Shown piece by piece: positions 24,828-37,465 of a DNA stretch of 64,000 bases. Each line of letters begins with the position of its first letter. The first letter of the stretch is position 1. Source of the stretch: Octopus bimaculoides (taxonomy: Eukaryota); NCBI RefSeq assembly GCF_001194135.2, contig NC_068984.1, positions 33,954,435-34,018,434 on the forward strand, read 5' to 3'. A program made the position numbers and the translations under genes. The notes beneath the pieces are model-generated. The model was not told the origin of the DNA. It ran no database searches and was given only the letters and a program-made list of their open reading frames with translations.

Positions 24828-25223
24828 GACAAAGAACATAGTTACGAAATATTCTTAGAAGGCAGCATCACTAATATCTATGGTTGGCTATTCATCAGAG
24901 AATGAAACAATGTAACTATGCTTGTCAGAATGTGTGATAGGATGATTAAACGTATACTTGTCATAGAGAAATTGGCACAAACAAATCCAGTTGATGTACA
25001 GATAGACTGCATACTACTTCAATAGCAGATGACCCTGATCTGATGACCTAGTGCTCTTTATTTGCAATGGTTCGTGCATATACAGTTGTATTGTAAAATG
25101 CCAAGCATGCAACATAATTTCTTCCACACCAAAATTAATACTGTATGAAGAAGCAGTAATTCTTAGGATGTCAGATGGTTAAATAAATATATAGTCACCT
25201 CTCATACCCACTGACTTAGATGG

Positions 25224-25282
<59 letters not shown>

Positions 25283-25699
25283 CACTATTTATGCAGCATA
25301 TTAACTGTATCTATAGCCTTAGAAGGCATGATGCCCTGGAATTGTCTGAGATAAAATCTCTTCATAAATTTATTGTGTTAAAAATACAATATATATCAAG
25401 CAAGATGACTCATGAAAATGACATGCATTTCATCATTTTTGACACTTGTCAATGTTGTACACCAATTGGTGCCTTAATGCCTAAGGACACACCGAATAAA
25501 TAATTCACTGATACTGTGGAAGCTTTCTGAGCTCAAGAAACCCTTTGGGTTATGCAAATGTAGCAGCTTTAAATTAAAATTGTCATCGGTGTATATACCC
25601 CATTAGAAGGCAAGACGTTCTGAAATTGTTTGAGATAAAATTTCTTCATAAACCTGTCATGTTTTTCTACAGCCCTAATTGATGACCGAGCCAAGCTAA

Positions 25700-25930
25700 T
25701 AACAAGCAAAAAAAACCCTACAATCAATGAGCATCTGACAAATTTTTGAAGAAAAGCTTGGTTAACATGTTTGATGTGGTTGCACATGATGCAATCACAC
25801 AAATGAGAAAGAAACAAAGAAGAGTGATTTGCAAAAATCTTGTGATCTGTTATTTTTGGAAGAGCAAAAAAGATGCAAGGAGAATGTGTTTACACAGATT
25901 TGATAAGAATTACATTTATAATATCCAGAA
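25700..25930 (+). pseudogene. possible DNA-transposase remnant, superfamily uncertain
   Basis: FLKKSLVNMFDVVAHDAITQM..DLLFLEEQKR resembles a LFDIAH..FL..QR motif I recall from transposase-like proteins; frameshifted. Confidence 0.3.
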
Positions 25931-26067
25931 AGTAAAAGACAGAAAGAAAGCTGTCAAAATGCTTTAGATAAATGAAAAGACAAATAGTCATAAACAAACA
26001 GTCAATTCATGACTCATCTAAAATGAAATTGTGCAAACCAAGTGATGTGAAATCAAAGGGCAACTTT

Positions 26068-26184
<117 letters not shown>

Positions 26185-27016
26185 CATTGATGGCTGAATG
26201 GATGGATGCCTAGATCCATGAATAGATAGAAAGATAGATAGATAAAGATAAACTTACTTGGAAATGGATGCATGGTGTTCAATCAAATAATAATATAAAT
26301 AATAGATAGATAGATAGATAGATAGATAGAATAAAAGTCAGAAAAGCATAATGTTCACATATATCTCATGATTTAATTGCTGAGTGCAATTATATCATGA
26401 GATATTCCTTTGCAATAAACGCCATTATTTATATAATTACATAATTAAGATAATTAATTAATTAATTTAAAAGTGCAGGTGACAACTGTATGCATTGGGT
26501 AAGGATGAGGAGTGACCAGTGAGTTCAGGGAGATAGCTTAGAGGAGAAGACTGACAATACAGAAATAGTGGTAGGATGAGGACTGAGGTGAAGAGATGCA
26601 GAGTAGTAGCAACAATGAAACAGTAAACAGAAGAAAGTTGTCAGAAACTGGAAGAAAGGGAGAGAAAGAAATATGACAAACATTTGGGTAGGTTGTAAGA
26701 GTGTAGGGCAGTTATAGTGAATAGTGATGGAGTAATGTATGGAGTGGGGGAGAGATAATTTGGTGGTACAAGCAGTGATCAATGTAAAATGTGGGTGGAG
26801 AGAATAGTATTAAGAATGAAAATTGGATAAGAAGTGAAATGGTTCCTGGGGGTAAGAAAGGTAAGCAGTATCTACAAAGCCCAGTAAAGTATGCAGTTTT
26901 GCTAACATTTAATTACAGCAGCAAATTACTGCAGTTAGGGAGGGGATGTCTTGAGGAGGAAATTGGGCAGGAGAACTTGTTGTGCACATTGTGCTTCCAG
27001 AATCTCACTTTTTCCA

Positions 27017-27250
27017 AGGCAGTGAGCTGGCAGAAACGTTAGCACACCGGGCGAAATGCTTAGCGGTATTTCATTTGCCGTTATGTTCTGAGTTCAAATA
27101 TAGGCCGAGGTCGACTTTGCTTTTCATCCTTTCAGGGTTGATAAATTAAGTACCAGTTGCGTACTGGGTCAATATAATCCACTTAAACCCTTTGTCTGTC
27201 CTTGTTTGGCCCCTCTATGTCTAGCCCCTTGTGGGCGATAAAGAAATAAG
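27017..27250 (+). mobile_element. SINE-B copy with variant 3' end
   Basis: Head 'ggcagtgagctggcagaaacgttagc..gagttcaaat' (A/B-box-like), body shared with the other SINE-B copies. Confidence 0.9.
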
Positions 27251-27294
27251 AATCTCACTTTTGCCAAAGTAGGGGACTCTTTTCATGAATTGCA

Positions 27295-27640
27295 TATTGC
27301 CAGTCATCCTTGTTCTTGATCATCTCCTCTGTGAATTTCAAGTCTCTGAGATCAGCCTTCACTATTTCATCCAATGTTCTCTTAGGTCTTCCTCTTCTGC
27401 AACTTCTATCCATATCAAGTGATCAGCACTTCGTTGCGCTGCTGTCCTTGCTGAAGTGCATCACTTGTCCATACCAACATAGTTTTCTTTCTTGAATACT
27501 ACCTCTGATTCTTTTCATACCGTTTCTCTTTCAACCCATTTGTACTTTATCATTCCTGCACACTTAGATTGCACATCCAAACAGAGTATGCTAGCTTAAT
27601 TCCTTTCCAGTCTTCTCAACTCCTTTCCATTTAAGGCCCA
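27295..27640 (-). mobile_element. RTE LINE 3' ORF fragment (diverged subfamily)
   Basis: WALNGKELRRLERN..QERKLCWYGQVMH..RRGRPKRTLDEIVKADL. Confidence 0.75.
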
Positions 27641-27644
27641 TATC

Positions 27645-27850
27645 TCATCATCATCATTATTAACATCTGTCTCCCATGCTGGCATGGATTGGACAATCTC
27701 ACCTGATCTAATGAGCCATAGGGCTGCATAATGCACCATGTCAACCTTGGCATGGTTTCTATGGTTGCGTGCCCTTCCTAATACCAGCCACTTCACAGTA
27801 TGTACTGGATGCTTTTCTTCATGCCACTGGCTTTAGTAAGGCTCTCAAGT
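27645..27850 (-). mobile_element. family C 3' end
   Basis: (CAT)n then 'taacatctgtctcccatgctggcatgg..cccttcctaataccagccactt'. Confidence 0.75.
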
Positions 27851-28708
27851 TACTTGCAACATGAGAAAGAACAAGAGAAGGCAAAAAAAGCAGTGAAAAG
27901 GGAAAAACCAATTCAACTAAGTAGGATGAGAATTTGACAGGGTAAAGAGGTGATTTTATGCCAGGGGCAAGTAGGGACAAGCAGAGGTAGAGCTGTCTTG
28001 TTATTGAGAAGATTTGTGGGTGGGAGTATCTGTGGAAAGGGTGAGATTGTAGTGATAGGGTACCAGAGTAACAATAAGAAGCAAGAGATGATACAGGCAG
28101 TGGATCAGGAGTGGGATGTGGTTGTAACAGAGAAATAGATGGTTGTAGAAAACAGTACAGGGGAATGTAATGTGTGATGAATGGGGATTGAGGTTCGGTT
28201 TGACAGGTAATATCAGTAAGGGTGGTGGGTAGGATAGAAGTGACTAAGAGATGAGAGTCAAAGGAGTAGATGATGAGCATGACATAGGGGCACTGGGGAA
28301 AGAGATGCAGAAGTACATAAGAGGTAGTTGTAGTGAGTGGGCATCTTGACCAACATGAGAAGAAGCTGAGAATGATAGCTGATANNNNNNNNNNNNNNNN
28401 NNNNNNNNNNNNNNNNNNNNNNNNNNNNNNNNNNNNNNNNNNNNNNNNNNNNNNNNNNNNNNNNNNNNNNNNNNNNNNNNNNNNNNNNNNNNNNNNNNNN
28501 NNNNNNNNNNNNNNNNNNNNNNNNNNNNNNNNNNNNNNNNNNNNNNNNNNNNNNNNNNNNNNNNNNNNNNNNNNNNNNNNNNNNNNNNNNNNNNNNNNNN
28601 NNNNNNNNNNNNNNNNNNNNNNNNNNNNNNNNNNNNNNNNNNNNNNNNNNNNNNNNNNNNNNNNNNNNNNNNNNNNNNNNNNNNNNNNNNNNNNNNNNNN
28701 NNNNNNNN

Positions 28709-28765
<57 letters not shown>

Positions 28766-28772
28766 GTGTATG

Positions 28773-28803
<31 letters not shown>

Positions 28804-29439
28804 GTATATATATATGTGTGTGTGTGTATGTATGTTTGTATATTTATATGTGTAGATATATATATATTTATATGTATGTATATTTATATGTGCATATATA
28901 TATGTGTATATACATACACCCTTCTGGCATGGTTTGGACAGATTGTCTTGCTCCATTTCAATAATCATTTTTCAAGTTATGGCTACTTAAACTAGCCAGA
29001 GAACTGTGTCTTGCTTGGTCATTTCATATTTGATTTGCTTTCAATGGCCATTTATATCTGTGTACACATACTCATACACACACGAACACACACAAACACA
29101 CATACATACACACAACACACATACAGCACACAAAACACCCATACACACAAAAATACATACACACACATGTTTAACAGTGTACAATTTTTACTGTCGCCAT
29201 GACTTTATTCTGTGTTATTGGTAATATACATGTCAGGAAGAAAAATTAAACAACAAACAAATTTACTATTGTTCCCAATACAGTTTCAAATCTGTCAGGA
29301 ACAAATGTTTCATTACAGTTAGAATATTAAACAGTATTTAATAACAACATAAACATAAATATCTTTAAGTGCAGGCATGACTGAGAAAAGAATTTTGTTT
29401 TTCAACCACATGATTCTAAGTTCAGATCCACTCTCTTTA

Positions 29440-30080
29440 TTCTTTACACTCTTTTACTTGATTCAGTCATTTGACTGCAGCCATGCTGGAGCACCGCCTT
29501 TAGGCGAGCAAATCAACTCCAGGACTTATTCTTTGTAAGCCTAGTACTTATTCTATCAGCCTCTTTTGCCGAACCGCTAAGTTACAGGGACGTAAACACA
29601 CCAGTATCGGTTGTCAAGCAATGCTAGGGAGACAAACACAGACACTCAAACATACACACACACATCATCATCATCGTTTAACGTCCGCTTTCCATGCTAG
29701 CATGGGTTGGACGATTAGACTGAGGACTGGTGAAACCAGATGGCAACATCAGGCTCCAATCTAATTTGGCAGAGTTTCTACAGNNNNNNNNNNAACGTCC
29801 GCTTTCCATGCTAGCATGGGTTGGACGATTAGACTGAGGACTGGTGAAACCAGATGGCAACATCAGGCTCCAATCTAATTTGGCAGAGTTTCTACAGCTG
29901 GATGCCCTTCCTAACGCCAACCACGGGCTTATTTCAGTCTCCGTCTACCAAATCCACTCACAAGGCTTTGGTCGGCCTGAGGCTATAGAAGAAGACACTT
30001 GCCCAAGATGCCATGCAGTGGGACTGAACCCCGGAACCATGTGGTTGGTAAGCAAGCTACTTACCACACAGCCACTCCTG
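29440..30080 (-). mobile_element. SINE-A split by a nested family C insertion
   Basis: SINE-A 3' half at 29440-29660 and head at 29926-30080 flank a family C copy. Confidence 0.85.
29665..29925 (-). mobile_element. young family C copy (partly duplicated across a 10-N gap)
   Basis: Highly similar to the reverse complement of 40666-40822. Confidence 0.85.
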
Positions 30081-30481
30081 CACCACTGTGGTCAGGTTTC
30101 ATCTGCTAAAGCCCTTCGCTGACTATAGCTTTGAGAATGAGTTGGTTTGGTAGACAGAAAGTAAAAGAATCCTATCATATATATATATGCATATATTACA
30201 CACACACATATATATACATATATTTATATATAAAATGAAGTATAAGGAAAGGAAAAAATTGTAAGTGTAGATGAACTTTAATTCAATGCGTATTCCAAGT
30301 TGGTACAGAACCAATATACATTCCATAAATTGTTTCGGAGTCTAATTAATTTCAAAGACAAAAACGATAAACTCTTCTTGAAATAAAAATTAGATTCCTT
30401 GTCAGGAATTACATACTGGTATGAATAATTACAGCCAACAAAATATACGCTTCGATTAGAGGTTATGTTACCTTCATGAAG

Positions 30482-30555
30482 GGATGATGACATCCAAGGA
30501 AATACTGGTTCAATATCTAATATTTTGTGGGGAAATGATTTCCTTAAAAAAATAG
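30482..30555 (+). CDS. candidate internal exon (DDDIQGNTGSISNILWGNDFLKKI)
   Basis: Donor ATAG|gtatgt, acceptor ttaccttcatgaag (weaker), 24 open codons. Confidence 0.35.
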
Positions 30556-31722
30556 GTATGTATATAAAATCCTGTAGTTAATATACATATAAAAGGAGAA
30601 AAAAATGGAGATTGTTAAGTTAATAATAAGAGTTTATTATCAACAACAAATCGAATATTATCACTTGCAGTTGTTTCAATAATACTCATTGAATTAATTA
30701 ATTATAAAGTTTGTATTTCTGAGCATAATAACTTCAGAGGGAAATAAAATATGCTCTTACACTTACATGTTTTTATAAGTTTGTTTATGGATTCATTATA
30801 GCAGACTATATATATGTATATATGTTCATACGTATGTACACACGTATACATACATGTGTATATATATATATATATNNNNNNNNNNNNNNNNNNNNNNNNN
30901 NNNNNNNNNNNNNNNNNNNNNNNNNNNNNNNNNNNNNNNNNNNNNNNNNNNNNNNNNNNNNNNNNNNNNNNNNNNNNNNNNNNNNNNNNNNNNNNNNNNN
31001 NNNNNNNNNNNNNNNNNNNNNNNNNNNNNNNNNNNNNNNNNNNNNNNNNNNNNNNNNNNNNNNNNNNNNNNNNNNNNNNNNNNNNNNNNNNNNNNNNNNN
31101 NNNNNNNNNNNNNNNNNNNNNNNNNNNNNNNNNNNNNNNNNNNNNNNNNNNNNNNNNNNNNNNNNNNNNNNNNNNNNNNNNNNNNNNNNNNNNNNNNNNN
31201 NNNNNNNNNNNNNNNNNNNNNNNNNNNNNNNNNNNNNNNNNNNNNNNNNNNNNNNNNNNNNNNNNNNNNNNNNNNNNNNNNNNNNNNNNNNNNNNNNNNN
31301 NNNNNNNNNNNNNNNNNNNNNNNNNNNNNNNNNNNNNNNNNNNNNNNNNNNNNNNNNNNNNNNNNNNNNNNNNNNNNNNNNNNNNNNNNNNNNNNNNNNN
31401 NNNNNNNNNNNNNNNNNNNNNNNNNNNNNNNNNNNNNNNNNNNNNNNNNNNNNNNNNNNNNNNNNNNNNNNNNNNNNNNNNNNNNNNNNNNNNNNNNNNN
31501 NNNNNNNNNNNNNNNNNNNNNNNNNNNNNNNNNNNNNNNNNNNNNNNNNNNNNNNNNNNNNNNNNNNNNNNNNNNNNNNNNNNNNNNNNNNNNNNNNNNN
31601 NNNNNNNNNNNNNNNNNNNNNNNNNNNNNNNNNNNNNNNNNNNNNNNNNNNNNNNNNNNNNNNNNNNNNNNCGAGGAAGACCATTGCCGACCTTCAGGAA
31701 CATTCTGCTCTCTAGTACTAAC

Positions 31723-32680
31723 TTACATTTTGCATTTACGGCTCCGTTGATGGCTAATGAGCCCTGCTCTTGATAAGCATACACGACTGCAAACATTGCA
31801 GATTAAGCTTTCCCCATTCACTATACGAGCCATGCACTTTCGCGCAGCTCTCTTAAATTCTTCATGCTGGATACGTGCTCTCTCAAAAGTGTTGATCCCC
31901 TCCTTAACCTGCTTCCTCCATCTGTGACGATGACAGGCATTGTTCTCCCAGTCAGTGTCCTGCATATCACAAGCCTTTAATGAGGACTTGACACAGTCCT
32001 TAAAGCGCAGCCTTGGTTTCTGCCGGAGTCTCCTTCCATTCACAAGTTCCCCATAGCGCATCTGCTTAGGAATCCTGCTATCCTTCATTCTAATAACATG
32101 TCCAGTCCAGCGTAACCGGAGCCTGTGCACCATTGCCTCAATACTCAGGATATCAGCTGTCCTCAGGATCTGTGTGTCTGGAATCCTTGAGGTCCAGCCA
32201 ACATTGAGAATGTGCCTGAGATATCTCTGATGAAAGCGTTCAAGGTCCCTTACCTGACGTTTGTACAGAGTTCATGTTTCACACAAGTAGAGGAGCAATG
32301 TTAGTACACAAGCATGGCACACAGCAACTTTTTTTTGTCTTGCTATGCCATGCTGGGACCAGGCACAAGACTAAAGAGACCGGAAGGAATTAGTTACTCT
32401 CTGCAACCTGAAACATATTTCCTCATCCAGGGAGCAAGAATGGCTGAGTGTGCTGCCCAGGTAGACAAACTTGTCTACTACCTTCAGAATTGTTCCTTCA
32501 ACCAAGATATCTGGTTTCACATATGGATTTCCTGGTGCAGGTTGGAACATTACAACAGTCTTGTCCAGGCTAATGCCAAGTCCAAATGCCTTGCAAGAAA
32601 CAGAAATGCAATTCATGAGTATTTGCACGTCATCCACTGTATGAGTGACTAAGTCACAGTCATCTGCATAAAGGAGGTCA
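31723..32680 (-). mobile_element. BovB-like RTE LINE, RT and C-terminal region, flanked by gaps
   Basis: LLYADDC..KTVVM..YLGS..RLRWTGHVIRM..RIPKQ..YGEL..C-terminal CNVCSRVCLSRAGLISHQR; one continuous frame with two stops (32371 TAG, 32272 TGA). Confidence 0.9.
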
Positions 32681-33719
32681 NNNNNNNNNNNNNNNNNNNN
32701 NNNNNNNNNNNNNNNNNNNNNNNNNNNNNNNNNNNNNNNNNNNNNNNNNNNNNNNNNNNNNNNNNNNNNNNNNNNNNNNNNNNNNNNNNNNNNNNNNNNN
32801 NNNNNNNNNNNNNNNNNNNNNNNNNNNNNNNNNNNNNNNNNNNNNNNNNNNNNNNNNNNNNNNNNNNNNNNNNNNNNNNNNNNNNNNNNNNNNNNNNNNN
32901 NNNNNNNNNNNNNNNNNNNNNNNNNNNNNNNNNNNNNNNNNNNNNNNNNNNNNNNNNNNNNNNNNNNNNNNNNNNNNNNNNNNNNNNNNNNNNNNNNNNN
33001 NNNNNNNNNNNNNNNNNNNNNNNNNNNNNNNNNNNNNNNNNNNNNNNNNNNNNNNNNNNNNNNNNNNNNNNNNNNNNNNNNNNNNNNNNNNNNNNNNATA
33101 TTTGCCCCACCCATGCCAGCACAGAAAGTAGATGTTAAATGATGATGATAATGATGATATATATATACATACACACACATGACCCATTGCTATGAAAAAC
33201 TTTAATTTTTAGCAGAATTATATTTACAGTGGAAAATTTCCTAATCTAAAATAAACATCATTGAATGTTTTTATATTAAGATTTTAAATCTTAAGTAAGA
33301 TTAACACAACATTAAGTCAAGATTATTTCATAACAAGGATAAAATTACGATCGAATGGTTATTCAGATTGAATCATTAATAAGATAAAATTAAATCGAAT
33401 CTAAGTTTAAAATATAACTAAGGTTATATCGTATCTAAGATAAAATTAACGCATGACTATGGCAATAATAAATCTACAGGAGTATTTCTCAAATTACTTG
33501 CATATGTAACGTTATTAAACTATACCCAGCTCAAGGATTTTTCTTCAGGACCTTGAAATACTTCAGCTTTGATTCAACGTTGGGACCTCTATGAAACTGA
33601 AGTACATTTATATTGTTGTTTTTTACCTGTCTGAAACATTGCTGTTTTATACTCATGAGAATATCATGAACTGAATCCTCCTACCAAAAAGTGCTCTCTT
33701 TCTGATGGACTAAGTAAAG

Positions 33720-33960
33720 CTCATCCAAATGCTTCTGCCTCTGCTCTGTACACTAACTCTTCTATCTGCTTTTTCCGCTGATATTACAGAAACTGCTCCA
33801 TAAATCTGGCAAATCTTGTGCAACTTTCACTTTAGTACTGCCACAAATTCACTCATGTTTCATCATCTCATTGCTTATAATATGTTCGCTTCCAATCAGG
33901 CTCTGCTCTAAAAACTATACCTAGTCTTTCTAGAATGCTTCAACCCACTGAAACGTATCC
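33720..33960 (+). mobile_element. possible CR1/Jockey-like LINE 3' remnant, heavily decayed
   Basis: 'ttccgctgatattacagaaactgctcc..ctggcaaatcttgtgc' resembles an FYRYY..CS.ELA.LVP-type LINE end. Confidence 0.3.
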
Positions 33961-34849
33961 ATGATCACCACTCACTTCAAGACCTTCCAGTCCCTTATCC
34001 ACACACTCTCCATGCCCTCACACATCTACCCTAACCCTCTCACAGCCATTCTTATTTCGCTCACAACCATTTGTTACAGTCAACCCTGCCCCATCTCTAA
34101 ATATCCCCCTTTACTCTCATATGGAATATACCCTCTATCCTCCTCAGTAGCCCTTTTAACCCTCACCACTGTTCCCTGAATTAGGTCCTAATGTGTCACC
34201 AACACCACCTATGTCTCTCTCTCTCTCTCTCCTCTATTGTTCCTCACCACCCTTCACCAACCCATCTAAATAGCTTAGATGTAGCTTACTTGACTATCCA
34301 GACTTTCTCTTATTACTTCCTAGATTACCCGCCCCACCGATATGAATCCCTTTATTTTATTTTTTTTATTTTTTATTTTATTTTATTTTAAGTTTTATTT
34401 TTATTTTAAGTTTATTCTTACTTTTTTACATGAATATCTGTGTATGTCTTTTTATTGTATTGTATTGTTCTTAACCACCAACTTAACACTACACACTGAA
34501 TCGTGGCAAGGTATGGAAGGTTTTCGGAGGACCGGAGAGATTATGTCTAGGTGGAGAATTATACGAGGTATAGTACTAGACAGAATACCAAAAGGATCTT
34601 CACCTCTTACATCACACCTTTCTTCCTACTTCAACGCCGAGGTGGTATAATTTCCTGGGAGAGAAATAATTTTGCGGCTGAGGATAGCTTTACATTGTAA
34701 ATTATACACATTATATTATACACATATAAAGCTTGAAACACGTGTACCGCGGAATCCTTTGTAGTTTTGTTGTTATTTTTTGGATTTACAGAACAAAAAT
34801 TAAAAGTGTGTCATTATAGTACTCTATTTATCCTCTATTTATCTAATAT

Positions 34850-35380
34850 CGAGGTTTCTCAAAGACAACAATCTGCTGAACCCCAACCAGCATGGTTTTC
34901 GTGATGGCAGGGACTTCCTGTCACAGCTTCTGCACCATTTTGATGACATCTTAAAAGTATTGGGAGAAGGCCCCAACACTGACGTCATATACCTTGATTT
35001 GACAGAGGGTACCACAAGATCCTGCAGAAAAAACTGTCCAACATTGGATTCTGTGGAAAGCTACTGCAGTGGATAAAGTGTTTCCTGACAAACAGAACCC
35101 ATCATGTTATGTTTGAGGGAATAAAATCCAGCTCAGCCAAAGTCAGTAGTGGTGTCCTACAAGGTACTGTGTTGGGCCCACTCCTCTTCATTATTTACAC
35201 CAATGACATAGTAGATGTCATGAAGCATTCTACATTGAAAATCTTTGCAGATGATTCCAAATTCCAGAAAGCCATAAATGGCATGGGTGACCGAACATAC
35301 CTTCAGCCAGCTCTGTCTGTTATTGTCCAATGGGCAGGAAAAAACAATATGCATTTAAATGAAGATAAGTTTGATTTGAA
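34850..35380 (+). mobile_element. CR1-clade LINE reverse-transcriptase fragment
   Basis: NQHGFRDGR..VIYLD..LLQWIKCFLTNR..SGVLQGTVLGPLLFIIYTND..FADDSK. Confidence 0.9.
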
Positions 35381-36904
35381 CACAAGACTTCAGACTTTTA
35401 CAATTCAGCCACATAACTACTTTCAAATAATGTAGCTTCAAGTAAGATGTTCTCATGAAATTAGATGTCCCATATACATGAAAGCTAGGACAATGATATT
35501 ATCTAGACTTGCAGGCTGTTGTAAACAACTGACAATTCATAAGATATTAGGTGCCATTAAGAAACAAATGGCCACTGCCCTGGACAATATTATATGTAGT
35601 CTTTTAATATATAAAAGTAGGTTACATCTCTCCACTATCTCTCCCTCTCTAGTTATTTATCTTTTTATCTATCTATCTATAACCTATCTATCCATTTATC
35701 TCTCACATGCCCCTCCCCCCTACACACACACACTCACTCTCCCTCGCAGTCTTTCTCTTCTTCTCTCTTTCTCCTTTCTTTCTCCTTCTCTTATCCCATC
35801 CCTATCTCACTCTGTAAGGAAAGTAAGTGAAATAGTTTCATTTTCTTCTTGCTCTCACAAGATAATTTGCAATTCATTCCTCCATGAAAGGTCTCTAAAT
35901 TTCAATTAGAAAACAAATAAAAAACCGTAATGAAAAAGTAAAGAGAAATATATATATATATATACATTTCCCCCTTTTTTTCTTTCTGTAACCTCAAGCT
36001 AGACACCTAGCATTTTCTGTAATAAACTCATTAATGTAGATTTTGTTGTTTTATAACTAATTAACTGCACAGAGATAAATTAATGAAACAATTTGAAGAC
36101 AGTAATGATTTTGCTGTTTTCCACATTTTCTAAAGTTAGTTTCATTTTCTGAGATTTCTTTATCCTTTCTTTTTTTGTTCCTTTGTGTGTGTGTGTTTGC
36201 ATGTGTGCATTTGCATGTGTGTGTGTGTGTGTGTATTCACATATGTGCATGTGTGTGTGTGTGTATGTATGTGGATATATATATATATGTATATATCTTC
36301 TGATTGAAGTAAAATGACTGGATTCATTGACTATCAGTGCATAGTAAAATTGATTCTCAAGGTTTTGTTTTCTTAATCTTCCAAAGTCATTCTCCATTCC
36401 CCTATGGCAAGGCTTTCAATATTTCCTAATTCATTTTAGAAAGCAAGAATATTAAGTAATTGTTAATCAGTTACCAGAAAATCTAACGTATGCTATGGAA
36501 GGGTTTCATGTCAGAAAAAAATTGCATCTCACCTATCAGATTCTATCAAAGCCAAACATTATTGCTAATTTGTCTTCTAAGAAATTTTGGTTTGGAGAAA
36601 TATCTGTGAAATTTCTAGGGATATATATTTTATGCTGTTCTAACTTTGTACTTGTCAAAAATATATGTAAAATAATGACTTCTAATTTAGGCAGAAGACT
36701 AACAATTTTGAAACCAGGAGTTGAGTCAAATACCATTAACAATAGATGTTTGCTCGTTCTTTATTCTATTCCTTCTAAAAAAATAAGGGAGGAAAATGAA
36801 AATTGATCTGAACTCAGAATGTGAAGAGCTGGAATAAGTACTGCATAGCAATTTTTCTGACTGTCTTTCAATCTTGCTAGAAAATGCTAAAAAAATAATA
36901 TTGG

Positions 36905-37040
36905 TTTCAACTTTTGCAGCCAGGCCAGTAACTTGAGGGAGGGGTAAGTCGATTTCATTGACTATCGTCTTCAACTGGTACTTATTTTATTGACCCCCCA
37001 AAAGATGAAAGGAAAGGTCAATTTCAGCAGAATTTGATTA
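36905..37040 (-). mobile_element. SINE-B partial
   Basis: 'aactggtacttattttattgaccccccaaaagatgaaaggaaaggtcaatttcagcagaatttga'. Confidence 0.75.
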
Positions 37041-37064
37041 AATGCTCTTTACGCTTTCTCTTTT

Positions 37065-37465
37065 ACTCTGTTACTTGTTTCAGTCATTTGACTGTAGCCA
37101 TGCTGGAGCACTGCCTTTAGTCGAGCAAATCGACCCCAGGACTTATTCTTTGTAAGCCTAGTACTTATTCTATCAGTCTCTTTTGCCAAACCATTAAGTT
37201 ACGGGAACGTAAACACACCAGCATCGGTTGTCAAGCAATATTGGACAAACACAGAAACACAAACTTACACATACACACATACATATATATATATACATAT
37301 ATACGATGGGCTTCTTACAGTTTCCATCTACCAAATCCACTCGCAAGGCTTTGGTCGGCCCGAGGCTATAGTAGAAGACACTTGCCCAAGGTGCCACGCA
37401 GTGGGACTGAACCCGGAACCATGTGGTTGGTAAGCAAGCTACTTACCACACAGCTACTCCTATGC
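37065..37465 (-). mobile_element. SINE-A, full length
   Basis: Complete reverse complement of the SINE-A head, internal CA/TA array and tail. Confidence 0.92.

Noticed and set aside
29722-29745. CTGAGGA-ctggt-GAAAC in family C resembling a hammerhead core
   Set aside because: No stem II or stem I pairing, it is antisense to the element, and most other copies lack GAAAC.
30702-31796. Long ORFs containing X runs (also at the other N-gaps)
   Set aside because: The frames are open only because they cross assembly gaps.
36495-36806. 103-aa + strand ORF
   Set aside because: Weak splice sites and no recognisable homology; cannot be distinguished from chance.
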